From positions 656,734 to 720,733 of the forward strand of contig NMRA01000175.1 of the NCBI GenBank assembly GCA_002633005.1: a stretch of DNA of 64,000 nt, written 5' to 3'. Positions 26,857-38,800 of this stretch are shown here, piece by piece. The translations under genes were made by a program, and so were the position numbers. The notes under the pieces were generated by a model. That model saw only the letters and a list, made by a program, of their open reading frames with translations, did no database searches and had not been told where the DNA came from. The DNA comes from Phoronis australis. Taxonomy: Eukaryota; Animalia; Phoronida. Numbering within the stretch: position 1 is the stretch's first letter; each line of letters opens with the position of its first letter.

Positions 26857-28339
26857 ATGGCAGCCTCCAGTCTGACGAGAATGCGAGTTTTTGGGCTCGC
26901 TAAAAGATTCTTTTGTTCTGTAAAGAATGATGTTGAAGTTGTTAAAGAAACTCGCAAACAAAGGTTTGGTATGTGTCTACAGAAAAAAAAAAAACACTGG
27001 TGATGCTTGTTTGTTGTTTTTCTGTTGATCCTCTAACCTACGATACTGGCTGGACTGGTCGCAGTGAGTAAAGACTGTACGGGTAATCTCATAGGCCCTC
27101 CATACGCGGAACCTTGTCGGCAAATTATGCCTCACACTGATTAAACGATAGAAATCATGTTGCTATAAGTACTTTTTGCATTTAGAGGGACTCCTTAATA
27201 GGCCGTTGATGTCTTTAATTCCTTCCAACTCAAAGAAATTCGGTAATCAAACTTTTTCTCGAACAGTCCTTCATTCGCCACTGGTCGGATATAGCAATCC
27301 CTAATTTTGAGAACCAGGCAATCACAGAATAATGTGCGTATTATTCAGGGGTTAAAACTGTTTCTCTAAATCAGTGACACTACATCTGACTAGTGCCCCT
27401 TCGTCCAGTTGTCAAAATCGGCAATTGGCCATTTTTTACATTGATCGCGTCAAAGTGTATGACATCCTGTCAATATTACTGCACCAGTTTAAAAAAGTAC
27501 AGAAGAAATGCAATATTGTGCTGTTTGTATGGGGATATTTAGGTGCACATACTTGTATGAGAAGTTCAGTCATAATAGTCATATGCGCCTATATGCAAAT
27601 CACTTGAACAAAACAAATTTGGAGAAAAATGCAATTATTTCAGATAGAGGCGCATGGGCCAATACACATGTGATGTGCACAGGTGTTGTGGACTTTAAGT
27701 CTTCAGTTCTCAGAATAATGTCAAGATATATGTTTTCTTCTTCATTGTGATGTTATGTCTAAACAGTCACTTTATCTTAATCTAAAGTATAACATTACTT
27801 TCGTTTAAACTGTGGTGTACTTAACATGAATGTATACTATTTTTACAGTCAATTACTTGGGCCGAATTTATGAAGACTATAAAGATGTAGCTCTTGACAT
27901 CGCCAAAGACATGAAGAGTCGGCCTTTCCGTGCAGCTGTTTACGTTTCATCCCTTAGTATCTTAGCAGTGTTTGCCAAAACAAACCCAGATGAACAAAGC
28001 TTTAGAGCGCAACTCCTTGAAAACACCAATGACTTATTACAACTTGGTGACTTGATTAGAAATCCCAATGCAGATACCCACATGCAAAATTTGGTGAAGG
28101 CATACAATGATGGAACTATACGACGTCTGAACTTGTTCGTTTGTTCCGTGATGTGGTGTTCGGATTATGACAGAGCTGTGGATTTGTATGAAGCCCGATG
28201 CTCTCACATTAAACCACGCTGGCTTTCTTATCCAGAAAGGATTGTAGACATTGGATTTCTTGGAAAATGGAGGACTCTGGATGAAAAAATGATAGATTTT
28301 GATATCAACCCAGATGAGTGGAAAGACACAAAATTATGA
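26857..28339 (+). CDS. TIMM29: Mitochondrial import inner membrane translocase subunit Tim29, 2 exons
   Basis: Exon 26857-26968 MAASSLTRMRVFGLAKRFFCS... (presequence-like). Exon 27849-28339 contains DYKDVA...RPFRAAVY, NPDEQSFRAQL, RRLNLFVCSVMW, ERIVDIGFLGKWRTLDEKMIDFDINPDEW, which are Tim29 family hallmarks. Confidence 0.92.
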
Positions 28340-29834
28340 TGAATTCAGACTAATGCACTTTAAATTGCACTGAAGCGGTATTGTGCATGCTTTCAGGACC
28401 TTTTAAATCTGCAACGTCTTCTCAGAGGTTACGCCAAAAAGTGCTAGGTACATAGGCAATTTTGGTTGATCATAATTTATCATGAACGAGTTTTGTATGA
28501 ATTGGTAAGCATTTCTATAAATTCCATGTGAAAGGCATGAACTGCTACATGGTTGATAAATCATATTTGGTTGATGTAATTTATACGATTTCTTATCACG
28601 GAGCAATGGTAAATGGTTAAAAAGATTCCCATGAATGTTACTGTGAATGATGATCAGAATGATATCAGACTGACAGTCATTTATTATCATTCTGATATGA
28701 ATTCATACCAACCAAAATGCGAGTGTATCACCTTTACCCTGGATACACTAACAATTGCGGAGAACTGAAAGTGTTAATGAAATAACATGTCTAATTCTTG
28801 TTCGTGTGTTATTTTTTTCAATTTATGAGTGATCATGGGAGTTTTCAGATGAGTTGAGTGATAGTGATGTCTTTGACGCGATAAAATATCTCCATTTTCT
28901 GAAAATTGAACTTCTAAATGTTAATGTCCATCACGTGTGATATTTTGCCCACACAGTTGATAGCTTAAAGCTACATCTCTCTGTTTAGCTTGCGAAATAA
29001 CGGAAATCGAATCAAGCCTTTTATTCATAATATTCCTTACTGTTATAGGATTCTGTCTCCAATAAGAACATAGAGTCCATCAGCCACTTAAGAAAATGCG
29101 AGTTTGTTAGGGTTGTGCAACCCAGAATTTGTTCATTCAAAGAATTGTGTGTGTACACACGGACCATGAATTGAGCTGCCGGCTCATTTGACAGTAATTC
29201 AGTATCTGTTGAGTGTAGTAATATTTTTAACCCCTTAACGCTTTTGTTGAGAATTTGTTGTTCACAGCTAAACAGTGGCAAAATGCTCCTTTAAATGATA
29301 TTGAATATAGGTATGTACAGCAACTTAAGCAATATTAAGATCCAACCCCCATACTATACCATCCATTGGTACGAATCCCTTGAAACATTTTGCCAGAACC
29401 AAGATTTTTTAATGCAATTTTATTCAGTTTACAAACTTTAGTGCATTTCCTTGGCACCAACTGAACTCGGTATCCCATGGCAACAGTTGAACTGGTTCCT
29501 TTCGTAGCAATGTCTTTGAACTACTGTCTTGTCTTAGTAGTTGTATGGAAATGTGGAAAATGTAAAGGTAGAATCAAATATTAACAATTGACCCAGTATG
29601 CTTTTTCAGAAATTGGTTGGTGCCGATATGGAAACCACAAAGAACAGATTTGTCTTACAAAAACTGGAAAATTTTAATATTAGAAACTGGTTATTAAAAG
29701 TGAGCACAAGGGTAGTCACGGAACTCCAGAATAGTTCGATTATGGGATTTCTCCCCAAGTCTACGTCCGTTGTACTCTCAATAGAAATAAGTACCGAATT
29801 TCCCGAGAATCCATCAAGGAAGTTTGTAGACATT

Positions 29835-30530
29835 GCACCGCGGGCAAAAAATTAATCGCAACCAGGGGGCACCACAGCACGTGGACCCGTCTGAAAATCA
29901 GTCGCCGTGCTTTTCTCAGTAGGGAACATGTATGCCAATTTTCATGATTTTTAGGGTGGTCTGGATAATGGGGAGGTAGATCCCAACAGCCAGACTGGAA
30001 AGCAATAAAATAGCCACTGGATGGTGTACAATATGTTGAATCCACACGAAAATGGGAAGATGTCATCATCTTCTTCATAAAAACCCATTTCTTTAATGGA
30101 AATCGGTCCCCGAAATCCAAAAATACAGAGAAAACGTAAAAAATAAAACTGCTCCTTAGAGACACAATAGCAAGTCGTCGTGCCTGCCAAACTCAAAGAT
30201 CCTGCAAACGGCTTTAAAAGATGCAGCCATTGACGCAAAAATATCACTAGGGGTGCCACAACAGTTGAAGCTGTCAGATAATTAATGTCTGCCCCATTCT
30301 TCTCAGTTGGAACACATCTGCCAAATTTCCATCGAGAAGCACCAAAGCTAGAGGATAAGGCAAAAAATGTCATTAGGGGTCATAGCAGCAGCCGTATCAC
30401 TCGGAAAATTCACTCATGTGAACCTGTACACAGAATTCCACAAATGGTTTTGGAGACTGCAGCAGACACTGCAAGCCACGGACAGACGGACAGGAACAAC
30501 TGCATATGTCCACATACAAATATGTGAGAA
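29835..30530 (+). mobile_element. Degenerate copy of the Helentron-like (HINE) tandem-repeat element
   Basis: Same monomer blocks (accagggggcacc, agccactggatggtg, aaagatcctgcaaacgg), a ggacagacggacag microsatellite and a degenerate terminal hairpin ccacatacaaatatgtg. Confidence 0.75.
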
Positions 30531-31064
30531 AAAAGGGACAATTATAACAATTCTTTTTTGTCTTAAATTTGTGAGGTTTCATCGTATGGTATCAGAAATT
30601 TCAAGCCCTTTAACACATTTTTCACTGATGTCACAGAAACTCTCACTACCCTTAGGTATCTTTACAACCGTCACGGGACACCGGGTTCTTGATGAATGCA
30701 TTGAAATGGAAATTTAATTAAAAAATTGCACAACCATTGATAACAATAAATGTTTAATCTACTGAAACAAACAATATAATGTACAGTGGCCACAAAGGCA
30801 AGTGACAAACAGTAAATACTTATCACGAGGGTCAACAAGTACAACAGAAGTGTCTTTAAGCAAACTGTGATAGCAAGACTAGCAACTATAACGTCACAAC
30901 TAATGAAATAACCAGAAATCGGATTATTGAAAAACTGTTACACACCTTTTATAAGAATTTAACAAAGGACCTTAAAAAATCGCTTGACCAGGGGAATAGG
31001 AAATAATCAACAATCAAATTAAAGCGGGTTTTGGATACACAGTTACAATCGAAATAACAACCGA

Positions 31065-31192
31065 TTTTATAATAGCACTAGAGGTGATACTATAATATGT
31101 AGCAGGAATTACGTACAGGCTACACGTCAACAAGCCATCTCTGAAGCTAATAACGTAAGGTTATTTTGGATCCTTGAAAAATGTCCAAATTC
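31065..31192. repeat. Dispersed repeat with an inverted copy at ~61045-61180
   Basis: tctctgaagctaataacgtaaggttattttggatccttgaaaaatgtccaaattc is the exact reverse complement of gaatttggacatttttcaaggatccaaaataaccttacgttattagcttcagaga; the flanks are also similar. Confidence 0.85.
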
Positions 31193-32027
31193 AACAAACT
31201 TCAGAACATCACATCTCAGAAATGGCTGATCAGCCTAACATGAAACTTTCAGATGGATTATGCTTTATGCAGTTTTCTAAATCACTTCCAGGAATTGTGT
31301 CAGGAAATGTTCCACTTTCACAAGTTAGAGTGGCTGTCAAAAACTAGGACTGATTTTAGGAACAAATTACAAGTTGAAAGAAATGAGAATAAAATGACAA
31401 TCAAGAAAACTTAATGCTTTGAGAATTCATCTTGAAAATTTTTGTTACAAAAATGTTATTCTTTTGATATGAACCTTTCTTTTTCGCTAAACTTTACCAA
31501 ATAGACAAGGTCATGTGATCCTATTTTGTATAAATTAAAAAATCGTACTCTGTAGGTTTTCTGCTTTAAGAAAATGTACATTTTTTCACCATGTTTTCTC
31601 ATTCAGCATTTCATCACATACACTGGGAAAAATATAATTCAATACAAGATTGCAAATTTCAAGATTTCGGGTTTGAAACCATGCTATCCCCAGTCGCACG
31701 CAACACGTCAACATAACGAGACATTTATAGTGAGAATCCATGTGTGCAATTGAGTGAAAATGTACTGATATCCGAAATCTATGAAAGCCTATTAGTCACT
31801 TACAAAGTACCGCACAACGAGAACCAGTTTCCTCCACTAAACAATAGACATCGAACTAGTTCTCAAAATGCGGGACCCCTTACATGACTATTGCCAGTCT
31901 GCATTGCTGATTATCAACTATTGTAGCTATATTTAGACAAAATAAGTTTCCACAATACAGTGGGAATACAAGAGTAATTAGCTGTTCGCTACTTAATAAA
32001 AATAATTAGCAATACTATTTCAGCTAA

Positions 32028-32585
32028 GAGCTGTTATAGTAAAAACGCTATGGGAGGGGGGGGCAGTTGAAATAAAAATTGTGTTGAATTCAGAACAAAT
32101 AAAAATACCAGATAAGTTGTTCTTCTAAAAATAATATGTAGTGAGAATAACTTGTTTAATAGGTTCTTGGTTCATGAATTAGTCAGGGTGAGTATTATCA
32201 CCCGCTTCACACAACAGAGTATGTACACTCCAAATCAAATTTCCATGCATTATCTGCACTGAATTCACACAGCACTAGAATCCATTTTGCAACTTCAACT
32301 CAGAATGATCCCCAACGATTAGAACCACATCATACAACTGTCAACAAATTTACAGAAATAGCGTTTACGTACATCTGAAAGCTCATATTTTGGTTGGCAA
32401 CACCAGTAGAATTCACAAAATAAAAAGTAATTTAAGGGTCCAAACATAATGTCAAAAAGTGCGAGTGGTTGAATTCTAAAGTAATTAAAAGCTTATGGTT
32501 GGTGGATTAGGAAACAAAAAACATTGGTTGTGGGGTTGAAAAATTGCCTTTCCCCCATCCCATACAAATTTTACCAGAACAGCCC
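32028..32585. mobile_element. Older, opposite-orientation copy of the Harbinger-type MITE family
   Basis: gagctgttatagtaaaaacgctatgggaggggggggcagttgaaataaaaatt ... gcctttcccccatcccatacaaattttaccagaacagccc are degenerate versions of both TIRs of the 34156-34724 element. Confidence 0.65.
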
Positions 32586-32800
32586 GGCCTACGTTAAAAA
32601 GGCATAGATAATTATATTTCACAACAATAGTCAAAATGCAAATCAAACTTCTTCACAAGTCTCACTTCTTATGCCTTACAACAAGCAATATATACTTCAC
32701 ATCACACATAACAAAACCATAACGCAATGTGACAAAGTACTTCCTTCATCCATCCTCAGTTGTCCCCAGACGACCTTGAATAGTGCATCTTAGCACTTTC

Positions 32801-35800
32801 TCAGGACTCCTCAGTTGCACCTGAAAGGAAATCACAAAAATGTTTTTACACAAAAATAAACTAGCAATACTGGGTTTGAATGAACTTTCAAGTGCCTCAT
32901 ATAACCTGACCCAGACAATGAACAACCCGTACCTCATTCTCCTCGTTTCTTTCTTACTTTATAATTCAAGCTTTCTCTACTTCTCTCATCAGGTTCCGCT
33001 GAAACGTCCCGCCCATTAAGTCCCGCCAAAAGTCACCATTATCCCTTCCCACACAAACATTCCAAGTTCTTCCTTATTCAATCCATCAGGTCATGTTATC
33101 TCTCCCCACAAATCTACAAGTCAAATCAACCCTGTGCCAAGATCCACAATTGGAATTTGGTATAAAAATCATGTGCCCAAGGTCTCACTATAAAGGCAAG
33201 AAACAGGCATTAACTGTGATCAAAGAATAATTTCAAAGTAAAAAAACAAATTATTTTTAATCAATTACTACTTAAAGCCTATTTTGACCCTCAAGATGAA
33301 CTCAAACAAATTAAAATTGGTTTTCTGGTAATAAAAATTGAAAAACAGGGATAGATTCAACAATTTTATGCACCCAATGGGTGCGTGTGCACTGTAGTCA
33401 TTAACCATTGTTAGAAATGCTTTCAAATTTGGACTTATCAAGACTTAAATGCATTCCCCTCGAGCCACTCTCACCTGTTAGTCTGGCCAGTTCTTCTTTA
33501 ACTAAACCATCCTTCAAGCTCTCGCCAGTCTCCACAACAGTGAGGTCAACTGAGATGACCCCTGCACTATTAACATCTACCACCCGAGCCACCAACACCT
33601 GGTCATCAGCCAACAACTCCAGTTGCTCTGTTGCTCTTTCAGTCCAATCCACTTTAAACAAAGAACAATCATTAGACCATGAACAAATCTGGAAGTTGGT
33701 ATCAGTAGAACAAACTTAAAGAATTTTAAAAATAAACAATATCTTCCCAAAAACTATTTTTCCTACAGGATTTAAGAAAATTAATTTAATAGAAATTACT
33801 CAATTTCGTTCCTTCTATTATTGAATCATATTCTTATCACAGAGGAAGTAAGGGACAGAAAGATTGCCAGTGCATAACTCATAAGTCAGCACATGTCGGC
33901 CCTTCCATTTGATCAAGGTTATATGCCCATATTTGTGTCACTCGAATAAGTTATCATATTTCATCACGGTCCCGAAAGAAACAAGTCAAGCGAGGCAGTG
34001 TTTACCAATTAAATGTACCAAATACAACATTAAGTAACAATGCACACCTAACCTAATCAGACAAAATACCATTTGCCAGTCATGGTGAGTCATTCTAGTC
34101 ACACTGATGGTAAATTCTACGTGCACTCGGCCGTGATGATGCTAAATTCTGCTCAGGGCTGTTCCAGTAAAATCTGTATGGGAGGGGAGGGAAGGCACCT
34201 TTTTTTCGCACCCACCACCCATATTTTTCATTTATTTCTTCAACCTACCACCCGTAATTTTTTATAAGTTTGAAATGCAACCACCCGTAATTTTTTTTGT
34301 TCTTGTGGTTGACTGCACAGGCGCTTGAGTTTATCTGTTCCTCCATCACCACTAACGTCATTCATTACTAAGAAAACATATGTTTCTTATACATGATTAT
34401 TAGCCATCGAGAAATTCGAGCACCTGTGGTTAACTGGTGTTATGGGCATGCCGATGAGGAGATCGGAGGGAGTGAAAAAGTCGGAGCTTTTTGCAAGTTG
34501 CATTTTTGTTTCAGTTTTTGATTCTGTGTGGATTGTTTATAAAATTTACTAAAATTACCCACCATCAAACATTTATGGCCCAATGAAACAACAACCTGTA
34601 AATTTTTATTTTTTTGAAGTACGACCACCAGCCATTTTGAATTTAAATCAAACGCAACCACCCATAAATTTTTATTTCAGTTGCCTTCCCCCCCCCTCCC
34701 ACACAGATTTTGCTGGAACAGCCCTCAGCTTTTACGATGAAGAATGCTGGGTAATTTTGTCCGATTATTTTTGGCACGTACTACAAGTGCTACTCAAACC
34801 ATGTCACCATGTACCTCCAGTCGGTTCAATACCAGCCAACGAAGCCTGCACAGCAAACACCAGCTCTTTGGTGAACTTGGGTTTGAGACTAGCTACGTTA
34901 CTACACATGGTGGTCTCAGCATTCCCATAGTCCACATACTGCACTGTCAGGACATCGTCATAACAACTCTGTACCTGGTGATAGAAAAGTTGTATATTGT
35001 GATGAGTAGACACTCACCTTTATATTCTGAAGATCATTGAAACCTACATACTATTTGATCAATCAGTGCAACACATCTAAAAACATAATAAGTTTGGAAA
35101 AACTACTATGTTACACTTAAAATTACAACGCAATGATTGGCCTGCAATACTCTTTCCATTCAGAAAATGTCATGAACTCAATAAAGTTAATTCACAAAGT
35201 CATACTATTTTTGTTGCTACAATCAGCACTGCCGATTTTTACTACGTGACATCGGATGTACATTATTTGCCATTATCGTCAACACCAGAAAAGAAACCTA
35301 TTTATAATGAAAGAAATGCAGTGTCTGAGTGACATACGGCGCCAAAATCGAGGCATCGAAGGCCCTGGAAACCCAAAAATCGCAAAGAAACAGTGAGAAT
35401 CAGGCCTGGTGAGAACACAGTCTTTTGTTAAGAAGACTAGCCACCCTGAAGATGAAACAGGGGAGAAGGAAAGTAATTATGAAACACAGAATATACTGAC
35501 TTTGTATTCATTTCTCTTTCTATCCAACCATAGTCTTAAATTGCCCTACCTTAGCCCTGTACCAACGTAGATCTTCAGAGTACTGAACACAACAGACCAC
35601 ATCTTCCTTCAAACTGTCCACCGTCGACTTCCGACCACTGCTGTATGACTCTGAAATGATGAAAGGGATGTCATGAACATGTCGAGACAACAAGGGTGTG
35701 TCACTGGACATGATTTCAATACTGATGTCACTATCCTAGACTGTGAGGAAGACTGGTTCAAAAGGGGTGTAAAGGAAGCTCTCCATGGGCACATTGAGTC

Positions 35801-38800
35801 CCTCTTTAAATAGAAGAGGCGGTTCAAGATTCGATTTCTCACACGTATGAGATGGTGTTCTGACGTCAGTGCCATGCCGTCTGGTCAAAACACCACCAAT
35901 TGTCCAGAATAACAAGCCAGGCTGAAGTCCGCGACAAGCGGACGCAACATCACTAATTTTTGTAAGTTTTTTATTCCAGTATTAGACTCAAACTTTATCT
36001 ATGTCTAGACAACATTAGTGAGACTCACAAAGTATCACGCTCAATTAAGAAATACGATCTGCATTACGTTAATAGATGCAACCAAATCTTGCCCCCATAC
36101 CTCAGTGACCATTTTCATCTACGTCTCACTGCTTTTCCTACGTTTCCCAAGTACCTGTGCCGAGTTGCATGAAGCAGTCCCAAATAGGGATTCAACTAAA
36201 TTCCCTAAATCTTTTGCATATTCGAGTTCTTGTCCTTGCCAGGGCGTCCTTGCCAGGGCGTCCTTGCCAGGGCGTCCTTGCCAGGACGACCTTGCCAGGG
36301 CGTCCTTGCCAGGGTGGCCAGATTAGTGCTAGAGCGTCCATTTGGATGCCTACTCCATTTGGACACCAAGGACATACGCTGCATAAAAGCCTGCCAGACA
36401 GGAACTCTACCATCCCTAGTCAAACCAGCCACACACAATGCTGGCCCTCTAATCCGACTGAATGGGATGGCCCTTCCCTATATCCACTGACCACCACACC
36501 AAGCCAAACAAAACAGGTGACTCAATCTTCACTAGGTGGAGGAAGTAACAAAAGAGCCCATGATTAATTACTGAGTAGACCAAATCCCATGCGACTTGTA
36601 TGCGAGCATTTCGACAAAAGGGACAGTTGTTCTATTAGTGCCACCTAGTGGATTTCAAGTAACAGTTCATCATTGAGCCTCGGTGAAAGCAACTACTGTA
36701 TACCTTGCATAGTTTCCATGAAATCCTCCAACTTATCCGAATCCAGCTGAAGCCAGAACTGTGAAGGGGTGGCCACATGAGACAGGATAGCCTCAAATGT
36801 GTCATCAGGCTTGAACTCACGGTATATCAGTTCAGCTGGGATGGCCTCCTAAAAATCACACCATATAAGGAGATAAACACACAAGTACTCAAGAAAGAAA
36901 ACACATTCTTATAATATTGTAAATATCCAATGATGAAACTATACATTGGAAAGCACTGAAGTTTTTTACCTATTAAAAGATAGGTTTACGATATCCCTAT
37001 CTGAAACTGGCAATTAAAGCCTAATCAATAAGACGAAAAACTAACAGTTGTTTTGCAGTATGTATGAAAGCAGTTTTAACCAAGTAACAATTCCGTAAAA
37101 CTGCAAAGACTAGGGATTGGAATGACCAATGACAAAAAAGAGAAAAATTTTCCAGGTGATGTATTGTTCCACAGATATGGGCTTGTGTGATAGAAATATT
37201 TTGTGAATAGTAAAAATGAACTGAAATAAATGTTTTTGCACATTCAAATAAAGTCACAATAATGATAAAACGGATGAAAACAGAGGAAACTGGAAATCAA
37301 AGAAGGGAAAATCGAAACCAAAAAAGAAGAAATCCTCTTAAAAGAGGATAATTCCAAGCCCCAAAAGACTATTGATTGCCATTTGAATTCGTAATTACCT
37401 CATTAAGGGGTGTGTCACAGGACAGGCCCGAATCAACATCAAGTGAAGTATCAGCAGGAGATTCCTGGCAGAGGTCACTGCTGTCTACGGTGATAGAGTC
37501 TGATTCAGACACAAGATCGGAATCAGCAGCGACAGCAAGCCCCTCCTTGATGAGAATGTCACGCAGACTGAACGGCTGGTTAGACGAATCTGTGGCACTG
37601 GATGAAAATACAAAATAATCATGAATTTTAACACGATTGAAATGGTGAAGAATTTCAACGTAGTTGTGAAAAAACAACACTCAGAGCAGAGATCTCTACA
37701 TGGGAATACCTGGCATGTGCCTACTTGATTTTATGAAAACAAACTCACATATCTGTCATAACATGAAGTAAATCATGACCTTTGCCCTCTCTACATGACC
37801 TTAGACAACCCTAACTGTAACGTACCTGTCTTTCACCTGGACATCCCCAATGACCTTGCCATCATCATCGACCTTGGTGATGTCAACAACCAGCAGCTTG
37901 TCCTGACACACTCTCTCAATAATGGTGATGGTGTCTGAAAGGAATTATACATTTCGGTATGGTGACTACACAATCGACAACATCATTTATTTCATTGAAG
38001 CCTTCTGGAACAGCTTAGAGTAACAGAATGAATCAGTAATAGTTCCAGAGGACTGGATTAGCTCATTACTTGGCACCTGAATCAAGCAGAAGGTGAAAGT
38101 ATGTACCGAGGTTTGCATTTAATATTTTCCTAATTTCACACATAATAAAAGCAATTATTTATCAATAACAATTGTGGTTTCATGTGATCATTAAATTTAT
38201 TATTTCCAGCACTAAAAATTAGCATGTTACATGAAAAAAAGCAGCCGTTTTCATTTCGTCCTCCTTACCATCTAACCAGACAACTCCAGGTGGTTTTACA
38301 TCAGAAAGACTACACTGCACCGCCTGAGCTGGTAATGCGCGGAACTCCACAGGCAGGGCCGACAACTGGCCCTCAATGTCCACACACTCCTTGTCACCAA
38401 AATCGACAAAGTAGACCTCAGCCTTATCGGCAGTAACATCGACGATTTCAGCTCGGTACCAGGTGTCATCCTCCGTGTAAAGGGCGCTGCAGTACATACC
38501 TGGCTTCACATCGTTCTTGGTCAACCTGTGATCAGAGTCTAAAGAAAAATACCCTTCATTACTAGAAACACTGTCAATTGAATTTTAGAGTTCCTTCTTA
38601 CTTAACAAGTACACTGTGAACTAAACCAGTCAAGGTGATTGGCTATTGTCATTATCAAGGATAAAATTTCTTAATAAGTAACTTTTTTTAATTGTAAACT
38701 CATTAAACGTAAAAATCCTTGATGATTACAGAATCTTTCTGTAAACAAAAGCAATGTCCAGATGTTCATGATCTCAATAAAAATTATGATTTTTCATAGA

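Noticed and set aside
29598-30717. Cluster of 75-140 aa ORFs between TIMM29 and the Tudor gene
   Set aside because: They overlap a degenerate copy of the non-coding Helentron-like repeat and show no domain signatures.
32746-32937. ORF-track frame VQLRSPEK...TEDG as the Tudor C-terminus
   Set aside because: The upstream exon most plausibly ends ACA G|GTGAG (phase 1), giving GATEES* at 32801 instead. This remains unverified without cDNA.
36018-36567. Overlapping repetitive ORFs
   Set aside because: Translations of the stop-free 14-bp minisatellite.
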